64,000 nucleotides of DNA, taken from positions 424,341 to 488,340 of the forward strand of contig MLAY01000008.1 in assembly GCA_001890965.1 (NCBI GenBank), given 5' to 3'. A program made the translations under genes and the position numbers. The notes beneath the pieces are model-generated. The model was not told where the DNA came from, ran no database searches, and worked only from the letters and a program-made list of their open reading frames with translations. The first letter of the stretch is position 1, and each line of letters begins with the position of its first letter. Origin of the DNA: a marine bacterium AO1-C. Lineage in GTDB: Bacteria; Bacteroidota; Bacteroidia; Cytophagales; Microscillaceae. This document shows positions 38,284 through 49,286 of the stretch, piece after piece.

Positions 38284-40368
38284 TTATACTGTAGCCAAGG
38301 CCTCTAATGAGATAGGCTCAAATTGATTTTGCTTGTTTTTGGGCAAAAATACAAAAGCCTTTTCGTTGTTAATCGCCACTTGTTCATCGGTATATACTAC
38401 CTTAAGAGCATCAGGGGCAGGCTCTACCGAAAAAGTCTCAAAAATATCCAACAACGACGGAATGGCATCGAGATACTCTACTACCGCAGGCATTTTCTCT
38501 GCCAATACTTTTTCGTTTACCTTGGCCGACTGCACATTTCCCCACAAGTTATTGTCCATTAATACCAATTGTCGAGTCACCAAGTCTACATAACAAACAT
38601 ATTTGGTAAGTGCCTTACCCGTTACTGGAAAGGCAAAATTTACTCTTGATGGTTCAATCAATTGCCCTTTTTCAGGTTGCTCTCCCCACATCATGAGTCC
38701 TCTTACGTCTTGGATATCGTCAAACTGAATATGACTGTAAGACAATATATTCCAAACCGCATAACGTACTCCCGATTGCAATAGCTTATCCAAGTACAAG
38801 TCAATCAGCTGTCCAGCTTTACCTTCTTTGTTATAAGAGTTTACTGGGTCTCCCGAAAATACGGCGGCATCACCCATTTCGTGGGTATTGTTCCAGCAAC
38901 AAGTACCATAAGGTTGCCAGTTATGATCAAAGAAATTCCAACCATTATCCATCCAACAAATGCCTCTTGTTTCTTCCCAATAAGTAGCAGTACGGATAAA
39001 TTGAATATTCTGAGGAATCTGAAATACAGTTCCCTTAGGATAACGCGATACTGCATCTTTGTTGTTGGTTGGCAGCTTTATATGGGCAATATCGGCAGTA
39101 TAATAAAAAGTATTGCCGAATTTTTCAGTTACTCTTTGTTGTACAATTTGGTCAATTGCACGAATAATGACTTGAAGGTCTTCTTCTTTTAACTTTGCAT
39201 CACTTAACGCTACTTGTGCCTTAAGCCAGCTTCCTTTGGGAGTAAAGATGCGGTAATCCCGTTCATTATAAGTACGTAAAAAACGCTTTAGCTTTAATAA
39301 CTTAATGGTTTCCATCTTTGACAACACTGGCAAGAAGTACGATAAAGCTGGTTCTCCAAAGACTGTTAGCACGTGTACCACTCTTCGGGCAAACTCCCCA
39401 GGACGTTGGGCCAGTAGTGGTAACAAAGCTGGATCTTTTTTGGCCAAGTAAGCTTCTACCTTTGAATTAAAAGTAGGCAGTTTATCTCCTGCACGAAGTG
39501 CTTGGGCTACCTGATAAATTTTAGGATATTTTTTGACATACTCCCCCACATGTAGTTGATGAAACAAACGTATCCATTTGTTTTTATGTCGCATTACCCC
39601 TTCTGACAAATCGCTCACTCCCTGTAATACTGACAATATATATTTCCGCTGACTACGCTTCAGTTTAAACCTGGTATTGGTATCCAGAGAAATATCTCCT
39701 CCCGAAAGCCCAGTAGCCAACCGTAGTACATCGGTAGTGGTAGAAAGCTGGATTAATTGATTGGCTTGCATATAAGCAATGGCTGCAAAAACTAAGTTTT
39801 CCTTAAATAGAATTTCAATAGATGCTGTATATCCTTGTGTTACAAACCAAGTCACTTCTTCCTTTTCTTGCTCTATCCACGCTGCTGGCTTGCTCAACAA
39901 GCTGGCAAACACATTTTTGAGCGCATCAGGACGTGCCAGATGCAATACTTTAAAGTCTACTTTCTCGAACATTGGGTCACGAGGAGCAGGTGCTTGCTGC
40001 AAATAGACAGGGTTGATTCCCCAATAAATTAAGATTTGTTTGGTCCAATATTCAGCTTCTGACATTTGCAATACCTCTTTGGGAAAGTTTTGGTATACAA
40101 TGTATTTGCCTATATTTTTATCGGCTCCTTTTATTTTTTTAAGACTCTTCTCTAAAGATTTCCACCAAGCATTTAGCTCACTTTCAGAAGTTTGGGCTAA
40201 TCTTTTAATAGCTTCCAACACATCTTGTGAAGGTACATAGCCATAGTATAACAAATTGGCAGTAATAGTACCTAAGATTTGTTCTGTATTAGCATTAGGC
40301 AATGCTTGTGGGTTTGCGTTGGGTACTTCAACCAAAAAATGATGTAAGAGAATATCGTTTGTGTTCAT
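38284..40368 (-). CDS. Large hypothetical protein (about 695 aa)
   Basis: ORF; likely start at MNTNDILLHH. Confidence 0.45.
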   Translation of the reverse strand: MNTNDILLHHFLVEVPNANPQALPNANTEQILGTITANLLYYGYVPSQDVLEAIKRLAQTSESELNAWWKSLEKSLKKIKGADKNIGKYIVYQNFPKEVLQMSEAEYWTKQILIYWGINPVYLQQAPAPRDPMFEKVDFKVLHLARPDALKNVFASLLSKPAAWIEQEKEEVTWFVTQGYTASIEILFKENLVFAAIAYMQANQLIQLSTTTDVLRLATGLSGGDISLDTNTRFKLKRSQRKYILSVLQGVSDLSEGVMRHKNKWIRLFHQLHVGEYVKKYPKIYQVAQALRAGDKLPTFNSKVEAYLAKKDPALLPLLAQRPGEFARRVVHVLTVFGEPALSYFLPVLSKMETIKLLKLKRFLRTYNERDYRIFTPKGSWLKAQVALSDAKLKEEDLQVIIRAIDQIVQQRVTEKFGNTFYYTADIAHIKLPTNNKDAVSRYPKGTVFQIPQNIQFIRTATYWEETRGICWMDNGWNFFDHNWQPYGTCCWNNTHEMGDAAVFSGDPVNSYNKEGKAGQLIDLYLDKLLQSGVRYAVWNILSYSHIQFDDIQDVRGLMMWGEQPEKGQLIEPSRVNFAFPVTGKALTKYVCYVDLVTRQLVLMDNNLWGNVQSAKVNEKVLAEKMPAVVEYLDAIPSLLDIFETFSVEPAPDALKVVYTDEQVAINNEKAFVFLPKNKQNQFEPISLEALATV

Positions 40369-40876
40369 AGTGTATTGTTGATTTGTAAAAAGGAGAAAAA
40401 TACCTCTGAATAAAACTAGAAGGAAGAGGTATAATAGCCTTCGTTGACACAAACTTAGATGGGCAATACGCAATGTTTTTGCGTAGCAAATTATTTTCTA
40501 AAAAGAGGAAAGTGACAACCCTGAAAATCAATTTTAAAAATTGCAAGAAGGAAGACCTGCCATAGCCTCTATGTCTCGACTTTTAATAATGAATTACAAA
40601 TAGCTTATTTTTGCCCGCTATCAAAGCAACTATTCTCAAAAACATCTTAAAAGTCAAGATGACTTCAATTATAAAAATTGAGTAGTCAATAATCATATAA
40701 TCCATTCTTATTTGAATCTAAAATTTATAAATTGCTTATTAAACATTATCACGAATCATTTTTATCGGTAAAAATCCCTGAACTAAATAAACCTTCACAA
40801 ATGATTGGTTAAATCCTGGAAATTTAGTCGTGATAATTGCTATGAAATCGAACTTATAATAAAATAATAGAGGTTA

Positions 40877-43087
40877 ATGAAAGGGCATCCCTTTGTGTAT
40901 GTATGTCATTTGCTAGTTTGGCTGTTGGGCTTGCCTCATATAAGCTTGTCCCAGCAAACCGATAGTACTTTATTAGCCCAACTCAAAACAGCCACTCAAG
41001 ACAGCACCCGTATCAGAATTTATAACCAGCTTGCGCTCAATAATCAATACAGCAATATCAACCTGGTGAAACAATATTCGTTTGCAGCACTTGAACTCAT
41101 TGATACCAACAGAGTCTCTATGCAGTTGGGTAATACTTACCTTAATTTGTTACTGTATTATCAAACCTCTGGCGATTATACCAAGGCCGCTATATATAGC
41201 GATAAGGCGTTGGATATTTATAAAAAAACCAATGATAGTCTGGGTATTTGCCGTATCTATAATTCTCTAGGAACCATCGCTGAAGAACGAGGAGAATATG
41301 TACAAGCAATTGATGATCATTTTAAATCCTTAGCCATTGCCCAAAAGCTAAAGCTATCGTCACGCATTTCTTCCAATCTAAATAATATTGCAAGTGTGTA
41401 TATGTCTATAGGGCAGCTTGATAAGGCAGTAGAGTATTTTAAGCGTTCGCTGGATATCGAAATCAAAGAGAAAGATGTGAAGGGTATCTCCATAGCTCAA
41501 GTAAACATTGCCGAAATCTATCTACTCAAAAAGAACTACAATAAGGCACTACAATATGCTACTCAAAGTCTGGAAAATGCCCGTAAAGCCAAGGTAGTAT
41601 TAGTAGAAGCAGTGGCCTTAAAGTTTATGGCTATGGTGCAGGCAGTAAAAAAAGATACTGCCAATGCATTGGCTAATTTTGCCAAGAGTGATCAAACATT
41701 TATTAGAAATGATTTCCCTCTGGAACATGTGCGCTTAAAGGTTGAGATCAGCAAGTATTATTTATCGCTCAATGACTTGGCAAAAAGTGAACAGTATGCA
41801 AATGCAGCTTTGGACGAGGTGCAAACCATTAACACCAAAAAGGAGCTGAAAAATGTGTACAAATTGCTTAGTGATTTGTATGAAGCCAAAGGGCAAATCA
41901 CAAAAGCATTTGAATATCATAAAACCTACTCCAATTATAAGGATAGCCTTTCACAAGAAAATGCTCGTAATCAGCTCATTCAAAAAGAACTGAAAAGAAA
42001 GTATGACCAACAACAATCACAACAGATTACAGCGATTACCAAGGAAATCAATCAACGTGATTATTATTTATACGCGATTAGCATAGGGCTACTTTTGGTA
42101 TCAGTATTTACATTTTTCTTGTATAGAAGTACCCAAAAACAAAAAAAACTGAATCTTGAGCTTAAGACTCAAAAAGGGGTTTTTAAGGCTGTAAATCAGC
42201 ATTTGCAAGAAAAACAAGCCGAGATTGAAACTAATAATCAGGAACTAAAATTTTTGAATCACCGCCTCAAATCAGGAGAATCGGTGATTACCAAAGCTTA
42301 TGATCAGTTACAAAATCGCAACAAACAACTCAAAAACAATATAAGAGCAGCACTCACTATTCAACAAGCTATTTTGCCTACTCCTCAGCTTCTCAAGGAA
42401 CTACTTCCTGAACACTTTATCATTTATCTCCCCAAAGACATTGTATCAGGGGATTTTTATTGGGCTAGTGAAGTCGAGGGTAAAAAAGTGGTCATCTTTG
42501 CAGACTGTACCGGCCACGGTGTACAGGGAGCTTTTATGAGTCTGATAGGGCATAATTTATTGGATAAGATTATCTTACAACAAAAAAATACTGACCCAGC
42601 CAGCATTCTTACCCAATTGAACGAACAAGTTTCGGTAGCCTTGCACCAGCAAGAGGTACGCTCCATTGAGGGGATGGATATTGGGGTTGTAATTATGGAA
42701 CCAGCAATAGATGGGCAGGTTCATTTGACATATGCTGGTGCTAAACGACCTTTGTATTATATTTCGGTTGACAACCCCAAAGAAATATGTATGGTTAAAG
42801 GGGTACGCAAATCTATTGGTGGGTTGCAGCAACGCAATAAAGCTTTTAAAAATAACCAAATCACGTTGCCTACAGGTAGCCTGTGGTATGGTGGTACTGA
42901 CGGGTTAACTGACCAGCACGACTTTAATCGTACCAAGTTAGGGTCACTTCGTCTTCAGGAAATCTTACTGGAAATATATCAACTCCCCATCGAGGAACAA
43001 GAAACTTCGTTGTTTGCCATTATTCAATCACATATGATTAATACCGAGCAACGAGATGATATGCTCTGGATGGGAGTGAAGGTTTAA
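40877..43087 (+). CDS. TPR-repeat membrane protein with a C-terminal PP2C/SpoIIE serine phosphatase domain
   Basis: TPR repeats, TM, coiled coil, DFYWASE...FADCTGHG. Confidence 0.75.
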   Translation: MKGHPFVYVCHLLVWLLGLPHISLSQQTDSTLLAQLKTATQDSTRIRIYNQLALNNQYSNINLVKQYSFAALELIDTNRVSMQLGNTYLNLLLYYQTSGDYTKAAIYSDKALDIYKKTNDSLGICRIYNSLGTIAEERGEYVQAIDDHFKSLAIAQKLKLSSRISSNLNNIASVYMSIGQLDKAVEYFKRSLDIEIKEKDVKGISIAQVNIAEIYLLKKNYNKALQYATQSLENARKAKVVLVEAVALKFMAMVQAVKKDTANALANFAKSDQTFIRNDFPLEHVRLKVEISKYYLSLNDLAKSEQYANAALDEVQTINTKKELKNVYKLLSDLYEAKGQITKAFEYHKTYSNYKDSLSQENARNQLIQKELKRKYDQQQSQQITAITKEINQRDYYLYAISIGLLLVSVFTFFLYRSTQKQKKLNLELKTQKGVFKAVNQHLQEKQAEIETNNQELKFLNHRLKSGESVITKAYDQLQNRNKQLKNNIRAALTIQQAILPTPQLLKELLPEHFIIYLPKDIVSGDFYWASEVEGKKVVIFADCTGHGVQGAFMSLIGHNLLDKIILQQKNTDPASILTQLNEQVSVALHQQEVRSIEGMDIGVVIMEPAIDGQVHLTYAGAKRPLYYISVDNPKEICMVKGVRKSIGGLQQRNKAFKNNQITLPTGSLWYGGTDGLTDQHDFNRTKLGSLRLQEILLEIYQLPIEEQETSLFAIIQSHMINTEQRDDMLWMGVKV

Positions 43088-44124
43088 AGGTTCTTTAACT
43101 GCTCAACCAAGAGTACTTGCATATTTAGATACACAATATCTCCCATACTTTTACATTCCATAAATCTTTTTTCCTGATGGTATTCGGCCAGTTCACCTTT
43201 GAGTCGAGCTATTTTTTCTGGCTTCGAGAGCGAATCTTGTCGCATACTAATCATCAAATCATCCATCCGTTGGTGGGCCTGACGAGCTCTACGGGCCATC
43301 AAAGTGCGTTCTTCTAAAGCATATTGGGCCAGGGTATCAGGATTGATGAGTTGTTGGACTAACTCTACCACGGCATTGTTTTCTTTGAAAAACTGCGCCA
43401 AATACATGCGGTGTCGTCCTTCATAGGACTGTTGGTCAAAATCGATGGCTCGTACCCGGTATTGTTCATCTTCAAAATCAGGGGTAATATCAATTACGTA
43501 GTTGTAAGAACGCATATCTCCCAACAGCTTTACAAAGCATCGTTGGTTAAATTTTATAAATTCTTTGGCAATACGTACTTTGTTTACATCCTTACGAGTC
43601 AGGTAAGTATCAATGAATACATCTCCTGGAATACCCGCAATATGCTCTTCAATGAGGGTTTCTTCGTGCACGACATAGTTGATTCGGTTGGGAGACAGTA
43701 TATGCTCTAGCTCCAGCCCATATACCCTTGAAGCATCGGCTTTTTTTACATAAAAATAATCATAGTTATCATTAAACTGATTGACCACTCTTATTCTGAA
43801 AGGTTTAGAATTGGCAAAGCGGCAATAGTCGATGCGATCTATGTATAAATGGCGGGAAAAGTTCTGGTCTCCATCCATTTTAATAATGGCATAAATGTAT
43901 TTAAGGGCATCGTGTAGTTCGTCTATGATATGTTGAGGATAGAGCACAGTTTCCCAAAGGGTATCCTGGCCATATCGATCCTCTAGTGGGAAGGCATCGG
44001 TATAACGCAGTAAATCGTCATAATTGAGCGAAAAGGTGGTATGTCGGCTATACGCTTGCAAATAACCTCTGAGTTTTTCACTAATGGGATAGTAGGGCTT
44101 TTTTTTGGAGATAATAAGGCTCAT
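43084..44124 (-). CDS. Hypothetical protein (346 aa)
   Basis: ORF only. Confidence 0.4.
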   Translation of the reverse strand: MSLIISKKKPYYPISEKLRGYLQAYSRHTTFSLNYDDLLRYTDAFPLEDRYGQDTLWETVLYPQHIIDELHDALKYIYAIIKMDGDQNFSRHLYIDRIDYCRFANSKPFRIRVVNQFNDNYDYFYVKKADASRVYGLELEHILSPNRINYVVHEETLIEEHIAGIPGDVFIDTYLTRKDVNKVRIAKEFIKFNQRCFVKLLGDMRSYNYVIDITPDFEDEQYRVRAIDFDQQSYEGRHRMYLAQFFKENNAVVELVQQLINPDTLAQYALEERTLMARRARQAHQRMDDLMISMRQDSLSKPEKIARLKGELAEYHQEKRFMECKSMGDIVYLNMQVLLVEQLKNL

Positions 44125-44366
44125 GTTGATGATTGATGTTTAATGATTTGAAGAACCCGAGGTGTATTCTGTTGACTTGAGAATTTAAGAGTATGTTTAA
44201 AAATTATAATCTAGGCTAAAAATAGCCCTCAACCACACAAAAAACTCATCATTTTTATCTCTGAAGACAAAATTTAAACATACTCTAATATAATAAAAAA
44301 AGAGAAGCAGTCGCTTCTCTTTCGTTGATCTTTTTTATTCGTTTTTTCTTTATTTGAATCGCTTGA

Positions 44367-45464
44367 TTATAAGTTACCTCTTACTTCTTGTTCGCGCTCA
44401 ATGGCTTCAAACAATGCTTTGAAGTTTCCTTTACCAAACGATTTGGCTCCTTTACGCTGAATGATTTCATAAAACAAAGTAGGACGATCTTCTACTGGCT
44501 TGGTAAAAATTTGTAACAAGTAGCCTTCATCGTCACGGTCAACCAGGATGTTCAACTTACGCAAATCATCCATGTCTTCGTCTACCTTTCCTACACGTTC
44601 TTCTAAATCATCGTAATAGACCTCGGGTACATACAAGAAATCTACTCCACGGTTGCGTAACTCTCCCACAGTGTGTAGAATGTCATCGGTAGCAATGGCA
44701 ATGTGCTGTACACCTGCTCCGTGATAAAACTCTATATACTCCTCAATTTGTGACTTTTTACGCCCATCTGCAGGCTCGTTGATAGGGAATTTGATGTAGC
44801 CATTTCCATTAGAAACCACTTTAGACATTAAGGCAGTATATTCTGTAGAAATGTCTTTGTCGTCAAAGGTGATCAATAATTTGAAGCCCATTACGTCTTC
44901 ATAAAATTTCACCCATTTATTCATATCACCCAATTCTACGTTTCCTACACAATGATCTACATGCTTAAGCCCTACTGGTACTGATTTGATCCCTTCACGG
45001 GCTTCGTAGCCTGGCATAAATGGTCCATTGTAGTTGGTACGTTCTACAAATTTATGAATGGTTTCTCCATAAGTATGAATAGCCGCAACTTTTACTTCAC
45101 CGTGCTCATCGGTCAAGGTTTGAGGTTCCATTGCAACTTTTGCCCCTCTTTTGGTGGTTTCTTCAAATGCTTTGTAAGCATCTTCTACTTGGATAGCCAA
45201 TACTTTTACACCATCACCGTGCTGTTTTACGTGTTCGCTCACCTCTGATTCGGGGTGCATGGCAGTTGTCAATACCAAGCGCACTTTTCCTTGTTGCAAT
45301 ACATAAGAAGCTCGATCGCGTACGCCAGTTTCAGGACCAGCATAACCTACCAACTGATAACCAAAAGCGCTTTGATAATAGTAAGCAGACTGCTTGGCAT
45401 TCCCTACATAAAATTCAAGGTGATCGGTACCAACAATTGGCAAAAAATCATTTGCTTGTTCCAT
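44367..45464 (-). CDS. hppD: 4-hydroxyphenylpyruvate dioxygenase
   Basis: Two VOC modules; conserved blocks. Confidence 0.85.
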   Translation of the reverse strand: MEQANDFLPIVGTDHLEFYVGNAKQSAYYYQSAFGYQLVGYAGPETGVRDRASYVLQQGKVRLVLTTAMHPESEVSEHVKQHGDGVKVLAIQVEDAYKAFEETTKRGAKVAMEPQTLTDEHGEVKVAAIHTYGETIHKFVERTNYNGPFMPGYEAREGIKSVPVGLKHVDHCVGNVELGDMNKWVKFYEDVMGFKLLITFDDKDISTEYTALMSKVVSNGNGYIKFPINEPADGRKKSQIEEYIEFYHGAGVQHIAIATDDILHTVGELRNRGVDFLYVPEVYYDDLEERVGKVDEDMDDLRKLNILVDRDDEGYLLQIFTKPVEDRPTLFYEIIQRKGAKSFGKGNFKALFEAIEREQEVRGNL

Positions 45465-45871
45465 GTGCTATAGTATTTTTAAATCCATATTATATCTGAT
45501 AAGTGAAGCAAAAATAAGGTTTTTGTCTTATTTTCAGCATTATCGGATGCTTCAATTGTAAAAATTATATATAAAAGTATTTTTCGATCGTCAATATTGT
45601 ATTATACGAACAATATATTGTCTAAAACCTATTCCACTTTGAATACAAACCAAATATTCATCTGATTTCAGACTCATTATTCAGCACACAAGCCTCATTT
45701 TAAAATTTTATTTGGGTGCTATTTTTCGATATTTTGTAAACCTTTCCCTTGAGTTGTTGCATTAGATTTAAAATTTCTATTTTTGCCATCGTACAGATTC
45801 AGCAACGTTTTGGGTAGCAAAAATCGCTGCCTCATATACTTCAAATATTTTACTTTTAACTTTTTGTAGCA

Positions 45872-46294
45872 ATGGATAACGTAGAATTAAACCAGGCCTT
45901 GATTACCTTGGTAGAAAAAAAAATGGAATTGGGAAGATTGAGTTATTCGGACGCATCTTATGATGAGGTAGAGGAAGAATTGCACGATTTGGAAGATGCT
46001 TTTGTAGATAAATATGGTGGATATCTGGAATCAGTCTTTGAGGGAGTACACGATAAGCATTGTCCAGATAGTGATGTATTGTTGCCTACTGCTTATCTGG
46101 CCAACAAGTATCTAAAAACTGGTCAAAAAGAAGATGGTTCTTTCGAATATGATGTGGCTAGCTACCAGGAAGGGGTAGTGGTAGATTCGGATGATTATGA
46201 TATTGCCCGCTTGGTGCTTATTCCTAACCCAATCCGTATTGTGTTGTTTGCCAAAGATGGTAAACACCGAGAAAATGTATGGGAAGGAAAGTAA
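45872..46294 (+). CDS. Hypothetical acidic protein
   Basis: ORF only. Confidence 0.4.
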   Translation: MDNVELNQALITLVEKKMELGRLSYSDASYDEVEEELHDLEDAFVDKYGGYLESVFEGVHDKHCPDSDVLLPTAYLANKYLKTGQKEDGSFEYDVASYQEGVVVDSDDYDIARLVLIPNPIRIVLFAKDGKHRENVWEGK

Positions 46295-46409
46295 TCGTTT
46301 GATTGAATCTCGAACAACGAATACTGAACTTTAAGTTTCTTGCGATTTATAAAGCGTGGAAACGAAACCTATTATAAGAACAGAGCAATGTTTTAGCTAG
46401 ATTAAAACG

Positions 46410-47105
46410 TTGCTCTTCTTTTTTATGAGTAAAACATCAGAAGTAGAACATATTGTAGCTTATATGGCTCGTCGAGAAGTCAAAAAACCAAGCTTAAGCC
46501 TTACTCAGCAGTACTTGGAAGGCCTTGAAGTAGTTTTTGAAGGTACAGAGCCAAAAATTCAGCGAATAGCTTTAGATCAGGAATCTAATCGTTTTGAAGT
46601 ATATTTTCCTATAAAAAATGAGCGTTTTTTCTTGGTTATCTGTGTAAATACAGCTCCTCTCGTTCAAATAGGATGGACATATATCCAACCTGGCAATAGT
46701 GTTTATTTTGCCGCAAGCTCAGATGATTTAACTTTTGAAGAACTTCAAAGAATTACAACTCTAAGAGCTACCGATGGAGGAACAAAAGGTCAATTAAGAA
46801 AAAACTCCCCTGATGATAAATTCAGGTACAAGTTTAGCCACTTTACATTTGAACCAATTCCAGAAAGAGCCTATGATATGGAAGAAAAGCTTCTGCAATT
46901 ACTGGATAAGTTAGAAACAGATACTCAAGGAGTACAAAAATTAGCTAAAATAGCCGATGCTGGAATCAATGTTTGCCAATATGATTATGCAGGATTTGGA
47001 AGCATAAATGGTGTTTCACTTGATAAAAGTACAATCCAAAGGTTAGCTCATTTAGGATTAGACATCGATTTTGATCTTTACGCCAGTGGAGATTCCATCA
47101 AATAA
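46410..47105 (+). CDS. Hypothetical protein
   Basis: ORF only. Confidence 0.4.
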   Translation: MLFFFMSKTSEVEHIVAYMARREVKKPSLSLTQQYLEGLEVVFEGTEPKIQRIALDQESNRFEVYFPIKNERFFLVICVNTAPLVQIGWTYIQPGNSVYFAASSDDLTFEELQRITTLRATDGGTKGQLRKNSPDDKFRYKFSHFTFEPIPERAYDMEEKLLQLLDKLETDTQGVQKLAKIADAGINVCQYDYAGFGSINGVSLDKSTIQRLAHLGLDIDFDLYASGDSIK

Positions 47106-47164
47106 AGCACGTAATCTCACCGAATTTCTACTAATTTTGCACAAACTATCAAACAAACTTTTAT

Positions 47165-47701
47165 ATGGCATTAAAGAAAAAAACACCGGCTGACTCGTTG
47201 ACTACGATGACCGAACTGGTATTGCCCAACGATACCAATACCTTGAATAATTTAATGGGTGGTCGCTTGATGTATTTGATGGATATTTGTGGTGGTATTG
47301 CCGCTCAGAGACATTCTAATCGAGTAGTAGTAACGGCTTCGGTAGATAATATTTCTTTTAAAGAACCTATTGCGTTAGGCGATGTAGTCACGATCAAAGG
47401 TTTTGTTTCTCGGGCGTTCAACTCTTCTATGGAAGTATATTTGGAAGTAACTGCAGGTAATGTCCCTCAAGGTACACTACGCAAAACCAATCGTGCCTTC
47501 TTTACTTTTGTAGCAGTAGATCAGGCAGGTAATACGATCAATGTTCCTGAACTAGTACCTCAAACCGACAAGGAAAAAGAATTGTATGCAGGTGCTTTGC
47601 GTCGTCGCCAACTACGATTGATACTAGCAGGCAAGATGAAACCCGAAGATGCTACTGAACTTAAATCATTGTTTGAAAATCCTCCTACAATGAATCCTTG
47701 A
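47165..47701 (+). CDS. Acyl-CoA thioesterase (hotdog fold, YciA-like)
   Basis: NLMGGRLMYLMD...SVDNISF. Confidence 0.75.
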   Translation: MALKKKTPADSLTTMTELVLPNDTNTLNNLMGGRLMYLMDICGGIAAQRHSNRVVVTASVDNISFKEPIALGDVVTIKGFVSRAFNSSMEVYLEVTAGNVPQGTLRKTNRAFFTFVAVDQAGNTINVPELVPQTDKEKELYAGALRRRQLRLILAGKMKPEDATELKSLFENPPTMNP

Positions 47702-47716
47702 TGCTAGGTTTATCCT

Positions 47717-48235
47717 CTAGTATTTGGGTAATTTTTTCTTAAGAGTTTCACTATAATAAGCAGCTATGCTCCCTATTACCAACATCCCTACGACAATGAG
47801 CTTGGCCCATATTTGATTGAATAAAGTAATGGGCAAGGTGATCCAACTCATGAGAACCAACTCTGTAAAGAGGTAAAAACCAAGTGCTACTAAAAAAATC
47901 AGATGTGGCTTGAACCTGGAAGCAATCAGCCCCAAAGCAATATAAGGTACTCCCAACAAGGTTCCACTAAGCTTAGTCTCTATCGAGAGATTGAGCCTTA
48001 GAAAAATAAAGATGTACAACATGCCTATAAAGTATAACAAGCCTACTGCCCACTTGATGTATGACTGGGTTTCAGACACACGCTTCTGAATGGCCTCGGT
48101 CTTATCCAAGAAAAGTTGTTGCTCTTCCTTGCTGCCTTTTATTGGAAAACCACAATTGGTGCACTTGTTATCTAACACCAATGTTGTTTCATGACAATGA
48201 GGGCATTTTTCAGTAGGTAAAGCGTCTTGAGACAT
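47717..48235 (-). CDS. Membrane protein with an N-terminal zinc ribbon
   Basis: CPHC...CTNC; 3-4 TM segments. Confidence 0.45.
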   Translation of the reverse strand: MSQDALPTEKCPHCHETTLVLDNKCTNCGFPIKGSKEEQQLFLDKTEAIQKRVSETQSYIKWAVGLLYFIGMLYIFIFLRLNLSIETKLSGTLLGVPYIALGLIASRFKPHLIFLVALGFYLFTELVLMSWITLPITLFNQIWAKLIVVGMLVIGSIAAYYSETLKKKLPKY

Positions 48236-48290
48236 ATTATTTGCAAAGTTGAGAAAACACTATTGTAATTACATGCATTGATTGTACAAG

Positions 48291-48644
48291 TTATTCTTTA
48301 ATTTTAGAAGAAAGGTCTTTAATAATGTCCAAATACATCTTTCGCTCTTCTGCAGAAACTTTAATCACTTCTATCAATTCTGATAATTCGTTATTATCTT
48401 TTTTATTGGCTCTAAGGTATACTTCCTGATCTTCATTTACTACGTTTTCTGCATTTTCATCTAAGAAATACATAATAGGTAGTTTCAAAAATTCCGCAAT
48501 TTTCATCAAATACTTTACCTCACAGCTATTTTTGTTGTAAATACGATATAAACTTGCTACACTAATGCCTGCATGATCTGCTACTTCCGCTGCATCAGCT
48601 CCCCGATTTTTGATAGCACTTTTAATTTTTTCACCTAATAACAT
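48291..48644 (-). CDS. XRE-family HTH transcriptional regulator
   Basis: HTH GISVASLYRIYN. Confidence 0.6.
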   Translation of the reverse strand: MLLGEKIKSAIKNRGADAAEVADHAGISVASLYRIYNKNSCEVKYLMKIAEFLKLPIMYFLDENAENVVNEDQEVYLRANKKDNNELSELIEVIKVSAEERKMYLDIIKDLSSKIKE

Positions 48645-49286
48645 AAGAAAATAATTATTAAATTTGCATATTTGAAAAATAAACAATACCTTTGAATCAA
48701 TATTTGAGACTAGTTATAGGAATTGATATGAAATTACTAAAATTTTAGAGTAAAATCAAATAGATCATATTCTAAAAACGCTACTTTGATAAAATAGATT
48801 TTATAATATTTGAAATTTTTCGCCCAAAACAACGGCTTTTTTGTATCACTAGTAGCAAAAATTTGAATAATCACTTTCTAATAAGTCAATATGCAAGTAA
48901 AAGCATTAAACTATGTAGCATCTCAAAGAATTCATTTGCAAACTATATAACCATTGAATAAACCATTACAAAACAACATGTGATTACAAAAGGTGTTTGC
49001 TAACACATGACCCATAGAGGTGGTAGCGTTTGTTGCCATCTCTTTTTTTATATTCCAAAAATCAAATGCTCATAAGGCTTTCAATGTAAGGAGCTGTCTC
49101 AGCTTCTAAATATTAACACTTCGATCATTTCTTAACAAAAAAATAAAACAGCCTAAAGCCCGCTTATATGGCTGATTATAAGCCTCTAATATATTCCCCT
49201 CTGATTCCTTGTTAAATGTTAACCATGCTACCTTTTGGTAAATTACTATTTTTGGTCATTGTCTAGTCGTTTCTAAATATTGCTTT

